DNA of 39,096 nucleotides from Chryseobacterium gleum (GTDB lineage: Bacteria > Bacteroidota > Bacteroidia > Flavobacteriales_D > Crocinitomicaceae). The number at the start of each line of letters is the position of its first letter. Within the stretch, counting starts at the first letter, position 1. Positions 9,605 through 18,235 of the stretch are shown piece by piece. Where the stretch lies: positions 1 through 39,096 of the forward strand of contig CAMCQW010000001.1 in NCBI GenBank assembly GCA_945877045.1, written 5' to 3'. A program made the translations under genes and the position numbers. Below the pieces are notes generated by a model. The model saw only the letters and a program-made list of their open reading frames with translations, was not told the DNA's origin and searched no databases.

Positions 9605-11863
9605 ATGAATAAAATAATTATTTTTCTTTTTATCAGTTACGCTGCTTTTTCGCAACAAGGTGACGGTGGCGTGCCCAGAAGTTACAAGTTTAGTGGTGAT
9701 CTTAAGACAATAGATAAAATTTCTTTTTTAGAGCCTGATGTGGTGGCATTGAAAGCAGAGGACGCTATAACAGATAAGTCGGGCTTGTCCCCTTGGCGAT
9801 TTGGATTTAATAACCCTAGTTCATCCACATTATTTAATTGCGGAACATGGGACACCTTGCCTAATAAAGATCTTATCTGGAGATTATTGGTGCATTGCGA
9901 TAAGGCGCTCACGGTAAATTTGACTTTTAAAAATTTAATGATCCCGGAGGGAAATGAATTGTTCATTTATAAGCCCGATAAATCTTTTGTTTTAGGGCGA
10001 TTCACTGCAAATCATATTTATGAAGGTCAATTAGGCTCAGAACTTGTTCCTGGAGAAGATGTTATTATAGAGTACTATATTCCTTTTAATAATGATCTTG
10101 GAAATTTAGAGTTGGGAATCGTTACGCACGGGTATAGATCCTCAAATGAGTTTCAAGAAAAAGCTTTTGGAAGTTCGGGTGGTTGTAATTTTAATGTCAA
10201 CTGTGCACAAGGTGCGGCTTGGGTTAATGAAAGAAACAGTGCTGTTATGTTGGTCTCTGGTAGTAATGGTTTTTGCTCGGGTGCCTTGGTAAATAATGTT
10301 TTAAATAATGGTAAGCCATATGTTTTAACCGCCGATCATTGTTACAGTAATCCGGCGTCATGGATTTTTCGCTTCAATTGGCAAGCAACTAATTGCACAA
10401 ACCCCGCAACTTCTCCTAGTTTTGTGTCATTAAACGGTGCGGTTTTAAGGGCTCGAGGAGCTACATCTGATTTTTGTTTAGTAGAAATAACCGGTGGGTT
10501 AATTGGTAACACAGTACCTGCTGCTTATATCCCTTATTTTGCTGGATGGGATAACTCTAATGTTACTCCTGCATCGGCGGTATGTATTCACCACCCAAGT
10601 GGCGATATTAAAAAAATATCTTTTGAAAATGATCCTTTGGTCTCTACATCCTGGGGCGGTGGACCTGCGAATACCCATTGGGGAATTACTAATTGGGATT
10701 CTGGAGTTACAGAACCGGGTTCCTCAGGTTCTCCTATTTTTGATCAAAATCATAGAGTTGTTGGACAACTTCATGGCGGAGCCTCAGCTTGTGGCGCCGC
10801 GGCTCTGTCAGATGAATACGGAAAATTCGGATACTCATGGAATCCTGCTGGAAGTGACAGTACCAATCAACTCAAATATTGGTTAGACCCTTCTTTAAGT
10901 GGAGCCTTATTCATTGATGGCTTTGATCCTGCTGGTGGGGTGCCTGTACAAGTAGATCCCGCTGTTAGTAATGTACAAGGGGTTTCTGGAACATATTGTT
11001 CGGCAGAGGTTACTCCTTCTTTCTCATTGGTAAATAATGGAGCGGTCACTTTAACATCCGCTACAATAAGCTATGGATTTGATGGGGTAAATAACCTAAT
11101 TTATAATTGGTCAGGAATTTTGCCTCAATGGCAATCTGTTGTGGTTAATTTACCCGCAGCTACACTTACAAATGGGGCACACACCTTTAGTGCAACTGTA
11201 ACAAATACCAATGCGGGGGTGGATGAAAATAATTTAAATAATGCGGGCAATAGTTCTTTTTTAATTGTTTTAAATGGCGTTTCTGTCGTGATGGATTTGA
11301 CCTTAGATTGTTTTGGTTCTGAAACTTCGTGGGAGCTTCAAAACACGAGTGGTACGGCTATTTACGCGGGTAACGGTTATGCGGATGACGAACCTGGAAT
11401 GGTAAGTGAAACCTGGTGCTTAAATTATGGCTGTTACTCCTATGTGCTTATAGATAGTTACGGAGATGGTTTGTCTAATAATGGCTTATGTCAAACAGGA
11501 GATGGTAACCTTTTAATAAGTCAAGCAGGTGATACATTAGCTTCAATTTCAACAGCCGCTGCAGATTTTGGAGATCAAATTACACTTGATTTTTGTTTGT
11601 CGGGGGCAGGTTTAAATGACCTTGAGGATAATAATATGATGATTTTTCCTAACCCTAGTAATGGGGTTGTAATGATCAGTTTAGAACATCAAACAACTGG
11701 GGTATTCCAGGTTTTAACTCTTACTGGTCAGATAATGGAAGAATATGATTTTAATGGGCAACAGTTTAAAATGAATCTTGCAGCTCTTTCTGCTGGATCG
11801 TATTTTATACGATTTATTGAACATAGCGGTAAGTCAAGCATTAAGAAACTTGTTTTAAATTAA
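9605..11863 (+). CDS. T9SS-secreted trypsin-fold serine endopeptidase (lysyl-endopeptidase-like) with C-terminal sorting domain
   Basis: 752-aa ORF with signal peptide MNKIIIFLFISYAAFSQ. The catalytic His context is LTADHC and the Ser context is EPGSSGSPIF. About 16 Cys by my count. The C-terminal ~80 aa (MIFPNPSNGVVMISL...YFIRFIE...KKLVLN) has the type-A T9SS CTD pattern. Confidence 0.8.
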   Translation: MNKIIIFLFISYAAFSQQGDGGVPRSYKFSGDLKTIDKISFLEPDVVALKAEDAITDKSGLSPWRFGFNNPSSSTLFNCGTWDTLPNKDLIWRLLVHCDKALTVNLTFKNLMIPEGNELFIYKPDKSFVLGRFTANHIYEGQLGSELVPGEDVIIEYYIPFNNDLGNLELGIVTHGYRSSNEFQEKAFGSSGGCNFNVNCAQGAAWVNERNSAVMLVSGSNGFCSGALVNNVLNNGKPYVLTADHCYSNPASWIFRFNWQATNCTNPATSPSFVSLNGAVLRARGATSDFCLVEITGGLIGNTVPAAYIPYFAGWDNSNVTPASAVCIHHPSGDIKKISFENDPLVSTSWGGGPANTHWGITNWDSGVTEPGSSGSPIFDQNHRVVGQLHGGASACGAAALSDEYGKFGYSWNPAGSDSTNQLKYWLDPSLSGALFIDGFDPAGGVPVQVDPAVSNVQGVSGTYCSAEVTPSFSLVNNGAVTLTSATISYGFDGVNNLIYNWSGILPQWQSVVVNLPAATLTNGAHTFSATVTNTNAGVDENNLNNAGNSSFLIVLNGVSVVMDLTLDCFGSETSWELQNTSGTAIYAGNGYADDEPGMVSETWCLNYGCYSYVLIDSYGDGLSNNGLCQTGDGNLLISQAGDTLASISTAAADFGDQITLDFCLSGAGLNDLEDNNMMIFPNPSNGVVMISLEHQTTGVFQVLTLTGQIMEEYDFNGQQFKMNLAALSAGSYFIRFIEHSGKSSIKKLVLN

Positions 11864-11866
11864 GGT

Positions 11867-13000
11867 GTGGCGGGTATTTATCTCCACATTCCTTTTTGTA
11901 AACAACGTTGTACCTACTGTGATTTTCACTTCTCCACTAATTTTGAAAAATATAGAAATGAGTTGATTATTTCTATGTGTAAGGAACTTGTTTTACGAAA
12001 CAAAGAGGTTTCAGAAGAAGTTGATACCATCTATTTTGGTGGGGGAACCCCGAGTTTGTTGCAAAAAAATGAATTTACACTGCTACTTAATACGATTTTT
12101 ACAAATTTTGTCGTAAATCCTCAAGCTGAAATTACCATTGAAGTAAATCCTGATGATTGCTCAAAAACTAAACTAAACGATTGGTTTTCTTTAGGAATTA
12201 ACCGTTTGAGTATCGGTTTACAATCTTTCAAAGAAGGAGATTTAAATTGGATGAATCGATCTCACAATGCAAAGCAAGGAATAGATGCAGTTCAAAACGC
12301 ACGCAATGCTGGGTTCGAAAATATATCTATAGACTTAATGTATGGTTTGCCAAATTTGAGTAAAGAAGAGTGGTTAATAAATCTCAAGAGCGCTGTAGCA
12401 TTGAAACCAACACATATTTCTGCCTATTGCCTGACTATTGAACCTAAAACAGCTGTACATAGTTGGGTGCTTAATGAGAAATTTATTCCGTTAAATGAAG
12501 ATTATCAGAACGAACAGTTTTTAGATATGATCCAAGGTTTATCAAAAGAAGGCTACGAACAGTATGAAATCTCGAATTTTGCGAAAGAGGGGGTTTATGC
12601 TAAACACAATACTGCGTATTGGGAAGGGAAGCCGTATTTAGGTGTTGGGCCTTCTGCTCATTCTTATACTAAAAGAAGTAGAAGATGGAATGTTAGTAAC
12701 AACACCCTTTATTGGAAAAATGTGGGTTTAAATGATTCTTGGTATCAAGAGGAGATCTTGAGTGAAGAAGATAAGTGGAATGAGCTTTTTTTAACCGGGT
12801 TAAGAACGAAATGGGGAGTGACTAAAGAAAAAATAGAGGAGTTTGGTGGTTTAAAAAAGGATGAAAATGAACTTATTTCAAACTATATTCAGATTGGACT
12901 TATTACCGAGACAGATACCTTTTGGGTTTTAAGTTTGAAAGGGAAAATGCAAGCTGATGGGATTGCGAGTTCCTTGTTTAGGCTTAATAAAAAAAATTAG
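11867..13000 (+). CDS. hemW: radical SAM heme chaperone HemW (HemN-like, oxygen-independent coproporphyrinogen oxidase family)
   Basis: 377-aa ORF with a GTG start 3 nt after the protease stop. Contains the IYLHIPFCKQRCTYCDF radical-SAM CxxxCxxC motif and has HemW length. Confidence 0.88.
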   Translation: MAGIYLHIPFCKQRCTYCDFHFSTNFEKYRNELIISMCKELVLRNKEVSEEVDTIYFGGGTPSLLQKNEFTLLLNTIFTNFVVNPQAEITIEVNPDDCSKTKLNDWFSLGINRLSIGLQSFKEGDLNWMNRSHNAKQGIDAVQNARNAGFENISIDLMYGLPNLSKEEWLINLKSAVALKPTHISAYCLTIEPKTAVHSWVLNEKFIPLNEDYQNEQFLDMIQGLSKEGYEQYEISNFAKEGVYAKHNTAYWEGKPYLGVGPSAHSYTKRSRRWNVSNNTLYWKNVGLNDSWYQEEILSEEDKWNELFLTGLRTKWGVTKEKIEEFGGLKKDENELISNYIQIGLITETDTFWVLSLKGKMQADGIASSLFRLNKKN

Positions 13001-13434
13001 CAATTTATTTTATTCACCCTTAACTGATGTCGCCCTCCTTCGAAACTTGTATTTAAAAAAGTATCAACCATTGTAATTGCTTCTTCTATTGTTATAAATC
13101 GTGCTGGTATAGCGATGATATTCGCATTATTATGTTGTCGGGCTAAGAGGGCAATTTCAGTATTCCAACACAAAGCACTTCGTACACCTTGGTGTTTATT
13201 GGCCGTCATGTTAATGCCATTTCCTGATCCGCAGATTAATATACCAAGGGAACCTTCGTTTGAAAGAATATACTCGGAAACAGGGTGTGCATAATCAGGA
13301 TAATCAATACTTTCTTCCGAATAACAACCGTAATCCATTGTTGCTAAACCCCTGTTTTCTAAGTGTTTTATAATTGCTTCTTTTAATAAAAAACCAGCAT
13401 GATCACTGCCTATTGATATTGTCGTTGTTGCCAT
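12997..13434 (-). CDS. rpiB: ribose-5-phosphate isomerase B
   Basis: 145-aa ORF with IGSDHAGFLLKE and ICGSGNGINMTANK motifs (RpiB/LacAB family). Its stop overlaps the hemW stop by 4 nt, and the two genes are convergent. Confidence 0.93.
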   Translation of the reverse strand: MATTTISIGSDHAGFLLKEAIIKHLENRGLATMDYGCYSEESIDYPDYAHPVSEYILSNEGSLGILICGSGNGINMTANKHQGVRSALCWNTEIALLARQHNNANIIAIPARFITIEEAITMVDTFLNTSFEGGRHQLRVNKINC

Positions 13435-14036
13435 TATTAAAAATTTCTTTAAAGTTAATTTTAATTAACAAATTGACACTTTTATTAACTTTTTATCTTT
13501 TGTAATATATTTAAACCTTTGATTTACAATTAATTAACTTATATGGTTGTGAACAATAAATATTAATATGTGTTGATTAGTTTGTATAACTTGTAGAAAC
13601 TTTCTTTTGGATAATCAGAATAAAATAACAAACCAATTTGTTTTTTATATAGAGCTTATTAATTAGTAATTTTTATGCGCTATTTTAACACAAGTAATCC
13701 ACTGTTTTTTAATTAACATTCTTGTTTATTTTTCAACAATTAGAGTTATTCATTCATTGTTTATATTCTTTCTTTTCTCAGTCAATAAAAGGAAAAAACA
13801 AGCTTAATTAATAATGATAAGTAGTGGTTAAATTTAATTATTTAGTAATGATAATATATCATGCTTTATTTTTTAACATATCAACACCCTTAATAACAAT
13901 AGTAAATCTTTTTAATTATTTAAAATAAATATATTATATACTATTAAGCTAGACCTAATTATACTTGTGAAGATAAAACTATATCTTTACTTTCGTTTAG
14001 GAATGAGACGTTTTATAAAAAAGCAGTTAAAAATAG
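13435..14036. other. 602-bp extremely AT-rich ORF-free divergent intergenic region
   Basis: My hand count over 13441..14040 gives 119 G+C in 600 nt (~20%). There is no ORF of 60 aa or longer on either strand. The spacer contains repeated TTAATTAA-type palindromes (the 12-mer ttttaattaaca occurs twice) and one near-consensus DnaA-box-like 9-mer (TTTGGATAA, 13606..13614). Confidence 0.85.
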
Positions 14037-17000
14037 ATGGATAATACATTTGAAAGATTAGTAAGTCAAATAGACGATTTTATTCGAAAATATTATACGA
14101 ATGAAATTGTTAAAGGTATTTTTTTCTTTCTTGGAATATTAATTTTTTCGTATTTATTCGTTTCAATATTAGAATATCTAGGAAGATTTAATTCGCTATT
14201 TCGCGCCTTTTTCTTATTTGGTTTTTTATCGTTTAACACATTTATTTTAGTTAAATATATATTAATCCCTTTAGGCAAACTTTTTTCTTTTGGAAACAGA
14301 ATTAATAGAAATCAGGCGAGTGAAATAATAGGGAAATTCTTTCCCTCTATTTCTGATCGATTAAAAAACACCTTACAATTAAATGACTTATTAATTTCCC
14401 AGGAAGGGAATTTAGAATTGTTAAATGCAACCGTTTATCAGCGATCTCAAGAGTTAAATACTGTCCCTTTTGTTGGAGCGATTGAAATAAAAGATAATAA
14501 GAAATACTTAAAATTTATTATACCACTGGTTCTTTTATTGGTTTCAATCTCCATTTTTATACCAACGATTCTTACACAAGGAACTGAACGAGTAGTTAAT
14601 TTTAATAAAGAATATAAACCCATTGCGCCATTTAATTTTAGTATTGATAACAAATACCTACTTCTTGAGGAAGGAGAGGATGTTAAAATCTATTTAACGC
14701 TTAAGGGTTCTTTTTTACCAGAGAATGTTTATTTAGTATGTGTTAATGGTAAGTTTTTAATGGAGAAAACGAGTAAAAATAGTTTTGCGGCCATTATTAA
14801 AAAACCAAAGACTTCCGGGAACTTTTATTTCATAGCGAATGAATATGAGAGTGATAAATTCAATTATAAATTATTAGGAAAATCTATTATTGGTAAGTTA
14901 GATGCTACCTTAATTTATCCAGCTTATTTAGGCAAAGTTAATTCGCTTATTACTAATACCGGGGATATTACAGTACCTGAAGGGACTAAAATTGAATGGA
15001 GTATTCTAACAAGAAACACGAAGAAAACTGTTTTATCATTCAATAGGGAAAAAATCACTTTTACTAGTAATGGTTTTAATTTCAAGAAGTTACTTACCAA
15101 TGATGCAACCCTTAAATTGGATCTATTTAATTTGTATTCTGCAAAAATTGATTCGACTACTCTACATATTACTGTCGTTAAGGATGCTTTTCCAACAATC
15201 ACACTATCAGAACGGATTGATTCAGTTGCTGAAGGTGTCCGTTATTTTCAAGGTGATATTGGTGATGACTACGGCTTAAGGTCACTCAATTTTGTTTACA
15301 CCCTAATAGGTGAAAACGGTAACAAAAAAACAAGTACGATTAGCGTTAAAGCGGTTAATGGTACTAGGTCGATGTTTGATTTTGCGGTTGATTTTAGAAG
15401 GGAAAACGTGAAACTTAACGATCGTATTGAATACTATTTTGTTGTAAGCGATAATGATGGAGTAAATGGTAGTAAAAGCACACGCAGTCAACTAAACACT
15501 TATAAACTTCCAAGTTTAGAAGAATTAAATGAAAATAGAAGTGAGGATCAACAAAAGAACAAAGAAGATCTAGCTAAGTTGCTAAAGAAAGCACAAGAAT
15601 TCCAAAAAAATGTAGAGACCTTAAAAAAGGAAGTTATTAATTCTAAGTCAAATGATTGGAATAAAATAAATAAAGCAGCTCAATTGAAAGAGGAACAGAA
15701 AAATTTAGTTGAGTCATTAGAGCAATTGAAGTCAGAACTAAATCAAAGCACCGAAGAAAAAAACCAATTATCAGAGATGGATAAAGAGGTTTTAGAGAAA
15801 CAAGAGTTGATAGAAAAACTATTGGAGGATTTAATGGATGACGAACTCAAAAAGTTGCTAGATGAACTCGAAAAATTAATGCGAGAAAACAATAAAGAAG
15901 AGTTAAAAGATAAAATGCAAGAAATTAGTCAGTCCGCTGAAGACATGCAGAAGCAGCTTGATAGAAGTCTAGAAATGCTCAAGAAACTTCAAGTCAATGA
16001 AAGAATAGATGACGCAGAAAAAGAATTAAAAGGTTTGGCTAAAGAACAGGAAGAATTAAAAAAGCAAGTAGAGGAAAACAAACTTTCTAAGGAGGAAGCT
16101 GCTAAAAAACAAGAGGAATTAAACAAGAAATTTGACGAACTAAAAAAGGATATTCAAGAAATCAAGGAATTAAATAAAAAGCTAGATCAACCAATCCCAC
16201 TACAAGACACCAAGCCCCTCGAGGAAAGTATTAGTGAAGAAATGAAGGATGCAAAGGAATCATTGGAGCAAGGTAAAGATAAAAAAGCCGGGGAAAATCA
16301 GAAGTCAGCCGCTGAGGAAATGAATGAATTAGCAGATCAACTTAATGACAATCAAGAAGCAGCGAATAAAAAAGAGAATGAGGAAGATATGAATTCCATT
16401 AGAAATATTTTGGAAAGCCTCATGATTTTAAGTTTCAATCAAGAATCATTAATTACTAAATTTAAAAAAACGAACGCTAAAAGTCCTGCTTATAAGAAAT
16501 TGGGACGTTTACAACGAAACATTGTGACAGATACAGAAATAGTAAAAGATAGCTTGTTGGCTTTAGCTAAAAGACAGCCTAAGATAGCCTCTTTTGTGGA
16601 TAAGGAGCTAACCATTATAAAGGACAACCATGAACTATCTATCAACTCTATTGATGAACACCGGATTGTTGACATAGAAACACATCAACAGCTTACAATG
16701 ACTTCCTACAACAACTTGGCACTTTTGTTAAATGAGGCATTACAACAAATGCAAGCAGAAATGCAGGCACAACAGAAAGGTTCGGGTAACTGTAGTAATC
16801 CAGGAAATGGCAAACCTAAACCTGGATCAATGTCTACAGGAGATATGAAGGAAATGTTAAAAAAACAATTAGAAAAATTAAAGAAGGGGAGTTCTCCTGG
16901 TGAAGGAAAAGAGGGAGAAAAACCAGGCGATAAACCAGGTATGGGCATGTTGGGTTTGGGAAATAAAGAAATCGCTAAGATGGCAGCAGAACAAACGGCT

Positions 17001-17381
17001 ATCAGACAAAAGTTAGAGCAAATGAGGAACGAGTTGAATAAAGATGGAAAAGGCACAGGAAACAAGCTTTCACCTTTAATCCAAGAACTTGAAGAACAAG
17101 AAAAAGCGCTAATAAATAAACGCCCCAACAACGACATTATTAATAGACAAAAAGAGATTTTAACAAGATTATTAGAAAGTGAAAAAGCCATAATGGAAAG
17201 GGGTTTCGATGAAAAAAGGGAATCAAAATCTGGTCAAAATGAAAATAACAGTAACCTAATACGATTTGATGAGTACACTAAACAAAAATTAAAGCAAATT
17301 GAGCACATACAATCCGTTGACCCTTCATTTAGTAAATATTATAAAGATAAGGCGAATCAATTCTTTAATTTGAATGATTAA
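14037..17381 (+). CDS. giant membrane-anchored coiled-coil protein (DUF4175-like, function unknown)
   Basis: 1114-aa ORF. Two N-terminal TM helices (aa ~25-80) and a third near aa 165-185. A beta-rich region covers ~aa 190-490, followed by a ~330-aa K/E/Q-rich heptad-like coiled coil, a G/P/K-rich low-complexity patch (GNGKPKPGS...GEGKEGEKPGDKPGMGM) and a conserved-looking tail. The DUF4175 name is from memory only. Confidence 0.6.
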   Translation: MDNTFERLVSQIDDFIRKYYTNEIVKGIFFFLGILIFSYLFVSILEYLGRFNSLFRAFFLFGFLSFNTFILVKYILIPLGKLFSFGNRINRNQASEIIGKFFPSISDRLKNTLQLNDLLISQEGNLELLNATVYQRSQELNTVPFVGAIEIKDNKKYLKFIIPLVLLLVSISIFIPTILTQGTERVVNFNKEYKPIAPFNFSIDNKYLLLEEGEDVKIYLTLKGSFLPENVYLVCVNGKFLMEKTSKNSFAAIIKKPKTSGNFYFIANEYESDKFNYKLLGKSIIGKLDATLIYPAYLGKVNSLITNTGDITVPEGTKIEWSILTRNTKKTVLSFNREKITFTSNGFNFKKLLTNDATLKLDLFNLYSAKIDSTTLHITVVKDAFPTITLSERIDSVAEGVRYFQGDIGDDYGLRSLNFVYTLIGENGNKKTSTISVKAVNGTRSMFDFAVDFRRENVKLNDRIEYYFVVSDNDGVNGSKSTRSQLNTYKLPSLEELNENRSEDQQKNKEDLAKLLKKAQEFQKNVETLKKEVINSKSNDWNKINKAAQLKEEQKNLVESLEQLKSELNQSTEEKNQLSEMDKEVLEKQELIEKLLEDLMDDELKKLLDELEKLMRENNKEELKDKMQEISQSAEDMQKQLDRSLEMLKKLQVNERIDDAEKELKGLAKEQEELKKQVEENKLSKEEAAKKQEELNKKFDELKKDIQEIKELNKKLDQPIPLQDTKPLEESISEEMKDAKESLEQGKDKKAGENQKSAAEEMNELADQLNDNQEAANKKENEEDMNSIRNILESLMILSFNQESLITKFKKTNAKSPAYKKLGRLQRNIVTDTEIVKDSLLALAKRQPKIASFVDKELTIIKDNHELSINSIDEHRIVDIETHQQLTMTSYNNLALLLNEALQQMQAEMQAQQKGSGNCSNPGNGKPKPGSMSTGDMKEMLKKQLEKLKKGSSPGEGKEGEKPGDKPGMGMLGLGNKEIAKMAAEQTAIRQKLEQMRNELNKDGKGTGNKLSPLIQELEEQEKALINKRPNNDIINRQKEILTRLLESEKAIMERGFDEKRESKSGQNENNSNLIRFDEYTKQKLKQIEHIQSVDPSFSKYYKDKANQFFNLND

Positions 17382-17396
17382 TTCACATAACTATCT

Positions 17397-17810
17397 ATGA
17401 GAGAAGGTTTTACACTAATAAAATCACTTAATTTACCATCAAATAGTGAAGCTGTAACAGCTGTTGAGAATTTGGTGGATGAAATATGTTTAGAGTTAGC
17501 GCTAAATGAAGACGCTTACGGTAATGTATTAATAAGTGTAACTGAGGCGCTAAATAACGCGATACATCATGGCAATAAAAACCAAGAGGCCTTGGTAATC
17601 GAATTGCTAGTCCTAAATAATACAACTGAGTTTTGTTTTTCTATAACGGATGAAGGACCCGGTTTTGACTTCATGAATCTTCCCGACCCCACCGCTCCAG
17701 AAAATATATTAAAAGAAAATGGAAGGGGTGTTTTTTTAATGAGAAACTTAGCTGATGAGGTTGAATTTGAAGAGGGTGGTAAAAAAGTAACGCTTTATTT
17801 TAAGAAATGA
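17397..17810 (+). CDS. small GHKL ATPase, anti-sigma-factor-type Ser/Thr kinase-like (RsbW/SpoIIAB-like, HATPase_c_2)
   Basis: 137-aa ORF with N-box VTEALNNAIHHGN, G1 DEGPGF and G2 GRGVFLMRNLADEV. It has no HisKA domain and is the size of RsbW-type kinases. Confidence 0.78.
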   Translation: MREGFTLIKSLNLPSNSEAVTAVENLVDEICLELALNEDAYGNVLISVTEALNNAIHHGNKNQEALVIELLVLNNTTEFCFSITDEGPGFDFMNLPDPTAPENILKENGRGVFLMRNLADEVEFEEGGKKVTLYFKK

Positions 17811-18235
17811 TACTATATGATTTTACGAACGATGAAATTCCGGCATTTGATCCGGAATTTTTTGTTTTAGTTCTACCCAAATTAATAAGTGCTGAGAAAA
17901 AAGAAGTCGGTGAAATATCTATTATTTTCACTGATGATAAGCATCTCTTATCCATCAACCAAGATTATTTGAATCACGATTATTTTACTGATATCATAAC
18001 ATTTGATTATTCACATGGTGAATATATTAGTGGGGACTTGTTTATCTCTTTAGAACGTGTTGGTGAGAATGCAAAGCAATTTGAAAAAGATTTTTTTAAT
18101 GAGTTGTGCCGTGTTGTTTTTCACGGAGTGCTCCACTTGTGTTCTTATAATGACAAAACAGAAAGTGAAGTATCTATTATGCGATCCAAAGAAGAATTTT
18201 ATATTGATAATTTTGTTTCACGTGAAACAAAATAG
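17807..18235 (+). CDS. ybeY: rRNA maturation endoribonuclease YbeY
   Basis: 142-aa ORF with the metal-site motif FHGVLHLCSYNDK, a Bacteroidota variant of HGxLHLxGYDH. Its start overlaps the upstream stop as ATGA (17807..17810). Confidence 0.85.
   Translation: MILYDFTNDEIPAFDPEFFVLVLPKLISAEKKEVGEISIIFTDDKHLLSINQDYLNHDYFTDIITFDYSHGEYISGDLFISLERVGENAKQFEKDFFNELCRVVFHGVLHLCSYNDKTESEVSIMRSKEEFYIDNFVSRETK

Noticed and set aside
13848-13928. 26-codon ORF (MIIYHALFFNISTPLITIVNLFNYLK) in the AT-rich spacer, and a 13-codon uORF (14003..14044) overlapping the start of the giant gene.
   Set aside because: Short ORFs of this kind are expected by chance in ~20% G+C DNA. There is no promoter box or conservation evidence available. 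They are worth checking only if ribosome profiling exists.
16706-17191. 161-aa minus-strand ORF inside the giant coiled-coil gene. Similar antisense or off-frame ORFs occur at 14924..15202, 16490..16675, 18298..18660, 10503..10886, 22409..22711, 27506..27784 and 36057..36362.
   Set aside because: The F/L/S/C-rich translations are what the reverse complement of K/E-rich or otherwise biased coding sequence produces. All are nested in strongly supported genes and have no start-site signals.
18140-18175. YbeY metal-binding motif deviates from HGxLHLxGYDH (here HGVLHLCSYNDK, with the third His missing).
   Set aside because: As far as I recall, Bacteroidota YbeY proteins generally carry an HLCG/S..DK variant. 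The ORF is intact and translationally coupled, so this is lineage variation rather than a pseudogene.
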